A DNA stretch of 64,000 nt from an uncultured virus (IMG/VR IMGVR_UViG_3300028903_000203). Taxonomy: Duplodnaviria > Heunggongvirae > Uroviricota > Caudoviricetes. Below, piece by piece: positions 39,589 to 48,613 of this stretch. Under the pieces are notes generated by a model. That model was given only the letters and a program-made list of their open reading frames with translations. It made no database searches and had not been told where the DNA came from. The stretch lies in IMG/VR virus record IMGVR_UViG_3300028903_000203. One strand, given 5' to 3'. Position 1 is the first letter of the stretch. Every line of letters starts with the position of its first letter. The position numbers were made by a program, and so were the translations under genes.

Positions 39589-40744
39589 AGATGAAGCGGA
39601 AAAGGAATCTGGGGCGCTCGAGGAATCATCTCGGGTTGCCCTCGGCCAGGCCAACGGGGCGCAACTCTGCACCTACCCCAACTGCGGCAAGCCCCTAGAC
39701 AAGGCCGGCGAGTGTCCCGACCACCATCCCCAGGGGGGTGTCGCCCCCGTGGTGGCGGTGAGCCCGGAGGAGGAGATCGGGATTCCGCCAGCGCAGCGGT
39801 TGACGGTCATCGGGGAGGGGGCCAAGCCCACCGGCCCGGAGCTGTACCAGCGGGTCCAGGAGCGCTTGCAAACGTTAGCGGCAATGGTGGATGAAGCGGC
39901 TATCAGCGAGGAGATGCAGCGGTATCTGCAAGCGATGGGCCAGTTTCATGGCTATTCCTTCAACAACCAGTTTCTCATCCTCTTTGGGTGCTTGGCCCGG
40001 GGTATACCACCGGGGCGCGCCGCGTCCTTCGACGACTGGAAGCGCAAGTTCAAACGCCATGTCAAGAAGGGCGAGCACGGCCTGCCCATCATCTGGGGAC
40101 ACCCGCATCACCGCAAGGTCAAGGTGCGCCAGTTCAACCCCGCCACCGGCCAGACCGAGGAAAAGGAGGAGGAGCGCACCGGCATAACCTTTGGCCTGGG
40201 CCACGTCTTTGTCGAGTGCCAGACCGAGGGGGAGCCTCTGCCGCAGCCCCCGCAGTGGACAGTAGCCGGGGCCGAGGGGGGCGAGATATACGAGCAAGTG
40301 CGGGCCCTCGCGGACGCGGCGGGCGTGCCGGTGGCGGAAACGATGGAACACATGGACGGGGAGACGCAAGGGTGGAGCGACGCCCACAAAGGGGAACACG
40401 GTGAGATTGGTATCCGGGAAGGACTGACCCCGCGGGGCAAGATGGCAACGCTCTTGCACGAGTGGGCCCATAATCGCATGCATCCGGCCGACAGCCCCCT
40501 GCCACGGCGGCAGAAGGAGTTGGAGGCCGAAGCCTGTGCCTGGGTTGTGGCGGAACACTTTGGCTACCCCTTGGAAAGCGCCCCCAACTACATCGCGCTC
40601 CACCATGCCAGTGGCGCAGAGGTTGGACAGTGCATGGCCCGGATCGCTAAGACCGCCAGCGAGATCATCAGCGCCATTGAGGAAGGAACAGCGAGTGCGC
40701 AGGCAGCAGCGCCCGAGCCGGCGATGCAGGCCGCAGCAGCATAG
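39578..40744 (+). CDS. MSC-leader protein with ArdC-like ssDNA-binding domain and HExxH (ImmA/IrrE-like) metallopeptidase
   Basis: FHGYSFNNQFLI...ASFDDWK...RHVKKGEHG..I; TLLHEWAH...ELEAEACAWVV...G...YI. Confidence 0.88.
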   Translation: MSCKDEAEKESGALEESSRVALGQANGAQLCTYPNCGKPLDKAGECPDHHPQGGVAPVVAVSPEEEIGIPPAQRLTVIGEGAKPTGPELYQRVQERLQTLAAMVDEAAISEEMQRYLQAMGQFHGYSFNNQFLILFGCLARGIPPGRAASFDDWKRKFKRHVKKGEHGLPIIWGHPHHRKVKVRQFNPATGQTEEKEEERTGITFGLGHVFVECQTEGEPLPQPPQWTVAGAEGGEIYEQVRALADAAGVPVAETMEHMDGETQGWSDAHKGEHGEIGIREGLTPRGKMATLLHEWAHNRMHPADSPLPRRQKELEAEACAWVVAEHFGYPLESAPNYIALHHASGAEVGQCMARIAKTASEIISAIEEGTASAQAAAPEPAMQAAAA

Positions 40745-40755
40745 GAGGAGGAACG

Positions 40756-41286
40756 ATGGCTACAGCAACAATGGTTACCACCAGGCCGGCACTGGTAGCG
40801 GGCACCATGGACGACGTGGTAGACGACTGGGTGGCGGTGGCGCGGGGGCCTTTTGGGGAGCTGTTGCCGCCTTCGCTCGTGGAGGGATTGCTCGACGCGG
40901 AGGTGCAAGCGCTGCTCGATCAGTACCACGTAACGGCTCCGACTGGCCTGGAACGGGCTTATTTGCAGCAGCTCCTCCTGCGCGAGGCCGTGGCCGGGAG
41001 GCCGGAGAGCGACAACCTGGCCCAAGACATTCACGAGGCGGTAGTGGAGCGGCATATTCCGTTGTCCCTGCGGCCCCTGGGCCAGGAGGACCTGGACTTG
41101 CCCTTTGCTCCCGTGCTGACGTGCCTGGGCGGAGTGGCCTGGCGGGTAGGGCTGCCGTACCAGCGGCGGGTCGAGTTTCTCGTCGCGGACGACCCGGCTG
41201 CCGCTGTCGCGCAGGCCCAGACACTCTACGTGCGCTGGTGCGCAGAAGCGGAAGCCGGTAGCGTCAACGGAGATGGACACCAATGA
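40756..41286 (+). CDS. Hypothetical protein without leader
   Basis: AGGAGG RBS; ATGA-coupled to the next gene. Confidence 0.75.
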   Translation: MATATMVTTRPALVAGTMDDVVDDWVAVARGPFGELLPPSLVEGLLDAEVQALLDQYHVTAPTGLERAYLQQLLLREAVAGRPESDNLAQDIHEAVVERHIPLSLRPLGQEDLDLPFAPVLTCLGGVAWRVGLPYQRRVEFLVADDPAAAVAQAQTLYVRWCAEAEAGSVNGDGHQ

Positions 41287-43415
41287 GCTGTAAAGACCAG
41301 TGGGAGGAATACCTTGCCAGCCTGGAATCGGCCACGAAGGTGGCCGGGGGCCAAGCAGACGGCGCGCGGCGGTGTGTCCGGTCCGGCTGCAACAAGTTGG
41401 TGCGGTTGGACACTGGGCTCTGTTTGGCCGGACACCGCCAGACCTCACCGTTGCCACAATATGACGAGCCCCAGCCCAAACTGCCCGTAGAGTTGCAGGC
41501 TATCCTGTGCGTGGCGGGAGAGCTGGCCGCGAGTAATCCTACGTTGACGGCGTTGACGACCCTACAACGAGAGGCCCAATCATGCGCGTGGTCAACGGAG
41601 GCCGGGGGTGGCAGTTGGGCAGAGGCCCAGCAGAGAGAGGGCCTCTACCTGATGCAACGCCTGATGACAGCGGTGGAAGCGGCAGGGGGCACAGACGAGG
41701 ACCCCCGGGTGCGGGCCGCCCGGCGGCTGATCGCCGCGCAGCACTCCGCGACAGGGGTGCTGGCGTCGCTGGAGGGACAGCCGCGCCGGGCCAAGGAGCT
41801 GCGGCGACTTATCCCGCAGGCGGGACCGATGGATGTGCCCGCCCTGGTGGAAGCGCTGCTCGAGGTGCGGAACAATGCGGCCTTGATGACTGAACTAGCC
41901 GACGTTCAACCGGAAGCCACTGCCCGGTATCTAGCGGAGAAAGCCCGGGCCACCTTTGCCCAATGGCCCATAGATGCGGCGGCGCTGCGGCGGCTGGTCC
42001 CGCTGCTGCCGCAGCAGGCGCGGGAAGAGGTGTGGGAGAGCGCCGACGGCGTGGCGGCGCAGATGTTCCAAGTGATAGCTGCGGAGATGGTGTCTACCGA
42101 GACGTGCCCGGACGAGTGCATCGAAAAGCACATCGGGAAGTACTGGTCCCCGTTCGGAGCGGCCGATGCGCGGCAAGGTCGGATGGGAGCGCTGGCGCTG
42201 TTTGCGCCCTACCTGCGGCCGAGCGATATGGATGCGGCCCTGGCGCTGGCCGAGCGAGTGCAGATAGAGGCCACTCAGGATAGCAGCGGAGGAAAAGATG
42301 AGCGCATCGAGCGCACATGGGGATTAGCTAAAGCTGCGACTGAGTTTCTGGCGGGAGTGGTAGATACCATGCCGCCGGAACTGATGTACCGGACCTTCGG
42401 CGTGCTGGGTGGGTGTGGCAATGACCCGCTGGGCGATGCCCAGCGGGTCATTGCCCGCCTCGCCGCCCGCACCGATGCTACAGACGAGCTCTTGTTCGCG
42501 GTGCAGCAGGCTGGGCACTTACCGGAAAGGGCGCGGGTCTTGCTGTTGCGCGGCTTGGCTCCCCATCTCACGGAGGACCGCCAATGGCGGTTGGCACTGA
42601 GAGTCGCGGGAGCCCTAAGCTGGAGTGGCGCGCAGGAAGAAGCGCTGGCGGGCATCTTCCCCCGGTTGCCCGGCAGCTTGTGGGGGATGGCCTTGGAACA
42701 AGCACGCGGCATAACCGGCCCCGTTGAGCGCACAGTGACGTTTGAGGCTGCCGCGCCCTATTGTCCGGTGGAGCAGTGGGGCGCACTGCTGGAGGGAGCA
42801 CGCTCTAATGAGCCTGACGGCTCGCACCGGCTGGCCGTGGACATACTGGCCCATGCCCCGGTCGAAGTGATGTCTACGGTGCTGGACAATATCAGCCAAA
42901 CTGGCAGAAACTACCAGGCGGAAGAGCTGACCGCGGTTGTCGAGCGGGTGCCAGCGGGCCCCTTGGCAGAACGGGCCTTGGGGCAGGTGCTGGAGGCTGG
43001 TGGGTACGAGGGCCATGTGCGCCAGGTGCTAACAGCGCTGGGCCCGAAGCTCTCCCCCGCAGCGGTAACCCAAGCCATCCAGCATACCAACGAGGTCCAT
43101 CAAGCCTACATCGACTCCGGCGACTTCATGTATCACCGGGACTCGGGTACGCCCGGAGACGTATTGCCCCGCACCATTGATGCGCTGGCCCCTTTCGTGC
43201 CAACGGAAGCGATGGGGGAGTTCTGGTCCTATGTGGGGTTCGATGCGGAAACGGTAGCCACGGTAATCCCGCGCATGCCGCGCGAACTGCTGCCCCAGGT
43301 TGAGGAACGGGTCGCCGTACTGCTGAATGAGCAGCGGCCTAGCAGGCCAGGTGTGGCCGTGCAGCGCCGGCTGCGCGCTGCTTTGGCTGCCCGGCGGCGG
43401 GAGCTGGGGCGGTAG
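41283..43415 (+). CDS. MSC-leader protein with alpha-solenoid (HEAT-like) repeats
   Basis: MSCKDQWEEY leader; recurring L..LAP.L...AL..A helix pairs. Confidence 0.85.
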   Translation: MSCKDQWEEYLASLESATKVAGGQADGARRCVRSGCNKLVRLDTGLCLAGHRQTSPLPQYDEPQPKLPVELQAILCVAGELAASNPTLTALTTLQREAQSCAWSTEAGGGSWAEAQQREGLYLMQRLMTAVEAAGGTDEDPRVRAARRLIAAQHSATGVLASLEGQPRRAKELRRLIPQAGPMDVPALVEALLEVRNNAALMTELADVQPEATARYLAEKARATFAQWPIDAAALRRLVPLLPQQAREEVWESADGVAAQMFQVIAAEMVSTETCPDECIEKHIGKYWSPFGAADARQGRMGALALFAPYLRPSDMDAALALAERVQIEATQDSSGGKDERIERTWGLAKAATEFLAGVVDTMPPELMYRTFGVLGGCGNDPLGDAQRVIARLAARTDATDELLFAVQQAGHLPERARVLLLRGLAPHLTEDRQWRLALRVAGALSWSGAQEEALAGIFPRLPGSLWGMALEQARGITGPVERTVTFEAAAPYCPVEQWGALLEGARSNEPDGSHRLAVDILAHAPVEVMSTVLDNISQTGRNYQAEELTAVVERVPAGPLAERALGQVLEAGGYEGHVRQVLTALGPKLSPAAVTQAIQHTNEVHQAYIDSGDFMYHRDSGTPGDVLPRTIDALAPFVPTEAMGEFWSYVGFDAETVATVIPRMPRELLPQVEERVAVLLNEQRPSRPGVAVQRRLRAALAARRRELGR

Positions 43416-43424
43416 GAGGTGGGA

Positions 43425-45080
43425 ATGAGCTGCAAGGATGAGGCCGAGAAAGAGGGTGACGCGCTAGAAGCCGCGACGAAAACCACCCTGGTCCAGGTGG
43501 ATGGCGGCCAACGGTGTACCCACTGGGGTTGCACGGCGGTGGTGAACCAGGCTACAGGCCGCTGCGCCGCGGGTCATTACCAGGATGCCCCCATTGATCC
43601 CGCCCAACGGCGGCGACGGGCAGAGGAGCAGCGGGCGGGCCTGGCCGCCGCGCAGGCCGCCTTGACCAGTTTTTTGGCCCAGCCCTGTGCGCAGTGCCGC
43701 GCGGGGCTGGGCCGACCGCAGGACTTGGTGGAAGCGGCGGAGGCCCTGGCTGCGGCTGTGGGCGCGGAAGAAGCCGAGCGCCGGGCTCCCACTCGGCTGG
43801 CCGGCCACCACCCGCTGCAACTACTCGACCCGCATTATACGCGCGTCAGCGTAATGCTGGACCTGGAGTACTGCCTGACCCGCGGCAATCTGCTGCTGCG
43901 CACGATGCGGGGTCAGGGCATTACCGATGCGGACCTGCTTGCAGAGTGGGGGCTGGCGGTGCAACAGGCATTTGTGCGGTATGAGCGGGCGGTGGCGGCC
44001 CAGGAGGCTATGCTGGCCCGAGTCTATATTCTGCCACTATGGCGCGACGCGCAGGACCTCCTGGTGGAGTATGCCTGGCTGACAGCGCAGCAACAAGAGG
44101 AGCTAGACCCCGAACGGTTCCGCGAGGCGCGCATCTGGTATCGCACCGCCGCTCTACGCCTGCACCATCTGACCGCGCTGGCCGTGCAAGGACACATGGC
44201 CGGCTCCGCTCCTTTCCAGGGAGCCTTTGCCAATGCGGGCTGGGGGGAGGAGGAAGCGGCGCTCTTGGCCAGCGAGTCCGTGCGGGAAATCATCTTCTCC
44301 TTGGAGGAAGGGAGCCAAAAGCATGCGCAGCAAGTGCCCTGGCTGGCCCGGGGCTATGCGGCCGTGCAGCGCGCTCTGGCGGCGTTGGACCAGGTTGCCG
44401 CGCTGGAGAAAAGCGCGGCCGGCCAATGGGCCGAACAGCCGTATGAAACGCGGCGGAAGCTGGTGCAGCATCTGCTCACCGCTGCCACACAGCTTGGGCA
44501 ACTGCCGCCGGAGTATACGGAGGACAACAACGCGGCACGCAGGTTGTTCACCCGCGTCCTCGCTGCTGCGCAGGGCAAAGGGCAAGGGCAGTGGGACGAA
44601 GCATACCAGCGGGTGGAGCAGGGCCAATGGCTCCTGTTCATGCAGATAGAGGCATTTCCGGTGGAAATGCTGCGGGAGTGTGCGGAGCAGGCGGGAATGG
44701 AACCCATCCTTGCCCGCCACGCGCAGGCGAAGGAGTTGGACCGGTGGGTATCTGACGTGACCTACCCGCGCCCGCGCTACTTTGCCTGTCGCCAAATTGC
44801 GCAGCGTTTGCTGGGCCAGACCCGGCCCTATCTACGGGCTCCCGACCGGACGGGCACGGACCGCGAGTACCAAGTAGGCGACGAGGCCGCCGTGCAAACG
44901 GATTGGGGCTGGGAGCGGGTGCAGGTGGTGCAGTGTTTCTTTGCTCCCGACCGCAGCTCCCCTACTCCCCGGGACGACGTGGTGGTGCCCGCTGTGCGGG
45001 TGCGCTTCGCCAGTGGCCGGGAAGAAGCAGAGTACAGCATCGCGCAGATTACTCCGCCAACAGAGGGCGACCCGCGCTAA
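43425..45080 (+). CDS. MSC-leader protein with C-terminal SH3/KOW-like domain
   Basis: AGGAGG RBS; LRECAEQAGMEPILARHA...APDRTG..REYQVGD related to 36033/37792. Confidence 0.85.
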   Translation: MSCKDEAEKEGDALEAATKTTLVQVDGGQRCTHWGCTAVVNQATGRCAAGHYQDAPIDPAQRRRRAEEQRAGLAAAQAALTSFLAQPCAQCRAGLGRPQDLVEAAEALAAAVGAEEAERRAPTRLAGHHPLQLLDPHYTRVSVMLDLEYCLTRGNLLLRTMRGQGITDADLLAEWGLAVQQAFVRYERAVAAQEAMLARVYILPLWRDAQDLLVEYAWLTAQQQEELDPERFREARIWYRTAALRLHHLTALAVQGHMAGSAPFQGAFANAGWGEEEAALLASESVREIIFSLEEGSQKHAQQVPWLARGYAAVQRALAALDQVAALEKSAAGQWAEQPYETRRKLVQHLLTAATQLGQLPPEYTEDNNAARRLFTRVLAAAQGKGQGQWDEAYQRVEQGQWLLFMQIEAFPVEMLRECAEQAGMEPILARHAQAKELDRWVSDVTYPRPRYFACRQIAQRLLGQTRPYLRAPDRTGTDREYQVGDEAAVQTDWGWERVQVVQCFFAPDRSSPTPRDDVVVPAVRVRFASGREEAEYSIAQITPPTEGDPR

Positions 45081-45108
45081 TGGATTGGTTGGATTTCGCA
45101 CTAAAGCA
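45081..45108 (-). repeat. 28-bp dif-like site, copy C
   Basis: + strand TGGATTGGTTG-GATTTC-GCACTAAAGCA, 25/28 identical to copy A; starts immediately after a stop codon. Confidence 0.7.
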
Positions 45109-45134
45109 TGGCAGCGAGGTGCAGGAGGTGCAGG

Positions 45135-47018
45135 ATGAGCTGTAAAGATGAAGCGGAAAGAGAAGGGGCCGCGTTGCAGGGACAGACCCGCACGGCGCTG
45201 GCGCAGGCCGATGCGGCGCAGCGCTGCATCCGGCCAGGCTGCGAACAACCCATCGCGCGGGGCGGAACTGTGTGCGGTTGTGGTCACCCCCAGGGACTCG
45301 CCGCGGTTGAACAAGGCCGGGGCCAGCGCGAGCGCGGGAAGTTATTGCTCGCGGCTATCCCCACCTTGGGGGCAGAGGATGTGCCGGCGGCGCTGGACTT
45401 GGCTTTGAGCCTGGGGCAACCGCAGCGGGCACTGCGGGCACTGCGGCGGCGCTTTCCGCATGCTTATGGCGACTATATGCAGGAGCAGGCTTTGCAGCTC
45501 TGTCGGCGGGAAACGGGGGACTATGGGCTACAACGGTTGGCCCCCTATCTGCCCCCGGATGCTTTGCATACGGCGGTGGAGGCTAGCGGCAAGTACAGCG
45601 GCACGCTGTCCCTGCCGAAGGCCCTGAAGATATTGGCTCCGTACCTGGTCGGCGACTTGCAGGACGTCGTGGTAGCTCGGATAGTGACGTATGCGGCTCC
45701 CGCGCGCCAGCCCCAGCCCGAGGAAAGTCCAGCCTACACGGAGTGGGGCGCACAGTTGCGCACGTTCACCGAGCAAACGACGGCGCTCGCGGCTTTAGGG
45801 CCTCATTTGGAAGGACGCCGGATGAGGGCGGCCCTGGCGATCCTGACGCGCCGGCCCCCGGATGTTCCGCGTGGCCTGACGGCAGCCGAGCACACAGTGG
45901 TCTCATCCCAAGGAACGAGCTACTGGGAACATCGCCGGCTATGGGATGCGGGCTCCTTCTTGGCTCGTGCGGGGAGCCAGATGCCCGCAGAGTGGGTGCC
46001 GCGGGCGATACAACTAGCCAGCGAGGTGCTACGCTACAACCGCAATACCGGCATGGGCTACCCGGGGGGTGGGGCGGGGCTGTTTCTGCACACGCTGGCT
46101 CAACGGCCGGAGTTGCACGAAACCATCCTGGCGGTCTTGCCGCAGAGTGATCTCGGAGACGACACTTGCGGCGGGGTATTGAAAGCAATGGCCCCGTGCC
46201 TGGAGAATGATGCTACATGGGTGGCGGCCCATACGGTGGCCCTGGCGCTGACCCCAGCGGCGGCCGCCCAAGCGCGGGTCGCCTTGGCCGAGCATGTGCC
46301 GCCATCTTGTCTGACGGCCGCACTTCAGGAAGTTGCGTCCGTCAATCCGCCGCAGCAAGAAGCGTACCTGGCCGCGCTGGCCCGGCGTACCGACTCCGGG
46401 CTGCAAGGCGAGATGGTCAAGGTCAGTGGGCAGTTGGCCGCGGCACCCCGGGCCACGTTCCTGGCGGAGTTGGCCCGCCTGGGAGTGGAGTCCCGCACTA
46501 GGACCAGGCTCATCCAGGTGGCCCGGCAACTGCCAGCCGGGGGGCAAGTCAAAGTTTATGCTGCGCTCGGTCCCCGCTTGCCGGCGGCGGAATACCCGGC
46601 CGCGCTGGCACAGGTGCAGGAGGCGGGAGCCCGGGGCGACGAGTTGGATGCCGCCAACAGCCTCCTGGAAAGTGTGCTGCCCCAGCTTCCCCCCGCGCAG
46701 TATGAACAGGCCCTGGCCGCGGTCGAGGCGGTTGCCGAGGCTCCCCTCTGGCGCTCCACCCCGGAACAACAGACCCGGGCGGTAGCGGCCTTGCTGCCGC
46801 TAGCCGGCCGCTTGCCGGAGGGGTTGACCGGACGGGCGCTCAACCTGGTGAACCGGCTGCCGCCCCGGCAACAGGGCCAGTTACTCCTGGCGCTGGCCCC
46901 GCGCCTGTCTTCGGCCGCGCGGGCGCAGGCCAGTACCGGGGTGCCCCGGATGGCGCTGGCGGAGCAAGAGCCGGCGCTGTTGGCCGCTGTGCTGGCGGCG
47001 CTCCGCGTCGAGCCGTAG
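45135..47018 (+). CDS. MSC-leader protein with alpha-solenoid repeats (related to 41283)
   Basis: AGGAGG RBS; MSCKDEAERE leader; helical repeats. Confidence 0.85.
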   Translation: MSCKDEAEREGAALQGQTRTALAQADAAQRCIRPGCEQPIARGGTVCGCGHPQGLAAVEQGRGQRERGKLLLAAIPTLGAEDVPAALDLALSLGQPQRALRALRRRFPHAYGDYMQEQALQLCRRETGDYGLQRLAPYLPPDALHTAVEASGKYSGTLSLPKALKILAPYLVGDLQDVVVARIVTYAAPARQPQPEESPAYTEWGAQLRTFTEQTTALAALGPHLEGRRMRAALAILTRRPPDVPRGLTAAEHTVVSSQGTSYWEHRRLWDAGSFLARAGSQMPAEWVPRAIQLASEVLRYNRNTGMGYPGGGAGLFLHTLAQRPELHETILAVLPQSDLGDDTCGGVLKAMAPCLENDATWVAAHTVALALTPAAAAQARVALAEHVPPSCLTAALQEVASVNPPQQEAYLAALARRTDSGLQGEMVKVSGQLAAAPRATFLAELARLGVESRTRTRLIQVARQLPAGGQVKVYAALGPRLPAAEYPAALAQVQEAGARGDELDAANSLLESVLPQLPPAQYEQALAAVEAVAEAPLWRSTPEQQTRAVAALLPLAGRLPEGLTGRALNLVNRLPPRQQGQLLLALAPRLSSAARAQASTGVPRMALAEQEPALLAAVLAALRVEP

Positions 47019-47093
47019 CGAGCAGGGTGGTTTCGGGTATTATAAAGAGTAGAGCCAGGTGGCTCACCGCAGGTAATGTGCAGGAGGGCAACG

Positions 47094-48599
47094 ATGAGCT
47101 GTACGGGCGAGAAGAAAGCGCAAGCTGAAGTACTGGCTCGCGCCTCCCGGATCGCCGGGAGCCAGGTCAACGGGGCGCTGTACTGTTTGTATCCGGGCTG
47201 CGGCCAGTCCCTGATGACAAACCAGGACTGCCCTCGTGGGCATAGCCAACATCCGGGAGACGTGGCGCAATCCCTCGTGGCGGCGGCCCATAACTTACAG
47301 GGGGCCTGGGCCGGCAGCTCCTCCCGCGCCCCGGAGCGACAGACCGACTTGCGGCAGGCTCGCCAGTATGCGGAACTGGCCTGGGCGGTCTACGGCACGC
47401 ATGGGGACGGAGCACAGGCTACGGCAACATCGGCGCTGGTGGCCCGATTGTGGGAGGAGGAAGAACGCGCGGGCGGGGGCCGGATGCTGGTGTCGCTGCC
47501 GGACCGCCGCCGCGCCTTGGAACTGCTCAAAGAACCGCGCCTGCGCCAGCGATTAGCCCGCGCCGACCAGATGTATCTGCAAGGCCATCCCAGCGGGGTA
47601 GAAGTGGTCTACCGCAAAGGGCAGCGGGTCTACAGTCTGAACCTCGCCAAAGTGCCGTCGGGCCGGCTGGGGGGTGGGGAATATACCTGGTTGGTGAGCC
47701 CCTTCCGCCCCGTGGCAATAGGGCGACAGGAGGCGGTCGCATGGATGGACCGCATGACGGAGGTGGTAGCAGAGGGGGGAACACTCCTCTGTCAGAACTG
47801 TGGCGCGGCCCAGGTGGGCTACGACTGCCCGGATTGCGCCCAGCGGCGGCGCGAGATTGGCGTCAAGTTGGACGCCCTGCCCGCAGGCACGGTCATCGAG
47901 GTGCCGGCACAGCTCGTCCGGAACTTGCCCAATTCCAAGTATCTCCGGGGGCGTTGGCAGGCGGTGGACTCCGGGGAGGGGCGGGTCTGGGCCGCCGTGG
48001 GCGACAATGCCGACGACGCACTGCGGGGCACAGGGGTTTTTGGCTATCTCACCGATGAACTAATCGACGCGGAAAGGGCGGTGGCGGTGGTCGGTCAGTC
48101 GGAAGAGCTGCCGGCGCGAGCGGCCCAGCATCTCTACCTGGGCGTGGTCAACCAACAATTGCCGCGCCTCTTGGGTACACGCATCGGTGCGGATCGCGGC
48201 GCGCAGCACTATGCTAACGCGCTGTTCCGGGCTATGTTCGATGGCAAGAAGCCGCGCTACATCCAGACCTTGGCGGCGAGCCTGTCCCGGCGGCTGCGTC
48301 AGGCCCGGCAGACGTTGGAGAACACCCCAGAGTGTCCAAAGTATGCCGCCGAACAGCAGCACCGGCTTACGCTGGTGCGGCAGGCGGAAACGACGATGAC
48401 GGCTGTGATGCAGGCTTGGCAGGCGGGACGGGTGGAGCCCGCCCGGAAGGGGCTGGATGCGGTGTACCAGATGACCCGCTGGGCCAATGCCCGAGGAAGT
48501 AACTTGGCGCAGTGGGCCACCGGGCCAGATGACCTGGCAAAAGCACTGCGGGGCGAAGCGCCATTTCCCGGCGTTCCCGCAGAGGACAATGCGCAATAG
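47094..48599 (+). CDS. MSC-leader protein with C4 Zn finger; partly related to 52797
   Basis: AGGAGG RBS; MSCTGEKKAQ; LP.G.V..V...LRG.W.AV....GRVW shared with 52797. Confidence 0.85.
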   Translation: MSCTGEKKAQAEVLARASRIAGSQVNGALYCLYPGCGQSLMTNQDCPRGHSQHPGDVAQSLVAAAHNLQGAWAGSSSRAPERQTDLRQARQYAELAWAVYGTHGDGAQATATSALVARLWEEEERAGGGRMLVSLPDRRRALELLKEPRLRQRLARADQMYLQGHPSGVEVVYRKGQRVYSLNLAKVPSGRLGGGEYTWLVSPFRPVAIGRQEAVAWMDRMTEVVAEGGTLLCQNCGAAQVGYDCPDCAQRRREIGVKLDALPAGTVIEVPAQLVRNLPNSKYLRGRWQAVDSGEGRVWAAVGDNADDALRGTGVFGYLTDELIDAERAVAVVGQSEELPARAAQHLYLGVVNQQLPRLLGTRIGADRGAQHYANALFRAMFDGKKPRYIQTLAASLSRRLRQARQTLENTPECPKYAAEQQHRLTLVRQAETTMTAVMQAWQAGRVEPARKGLDAVYQMTRWANARGSNLAQWATGPDDLAKALRGEAPFPGVPAEDNAQ

Positions 48600-48613
48600 A
48601 TAGGAGGTTGGCG

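Noticed and set aside
47016..47050. AT-rich patch (GGTATTATAAAG) as an internal promoter
   Set aside because: The -10 is plausible but there is no convincing -35 or array palindrome, so it is too weak to call.
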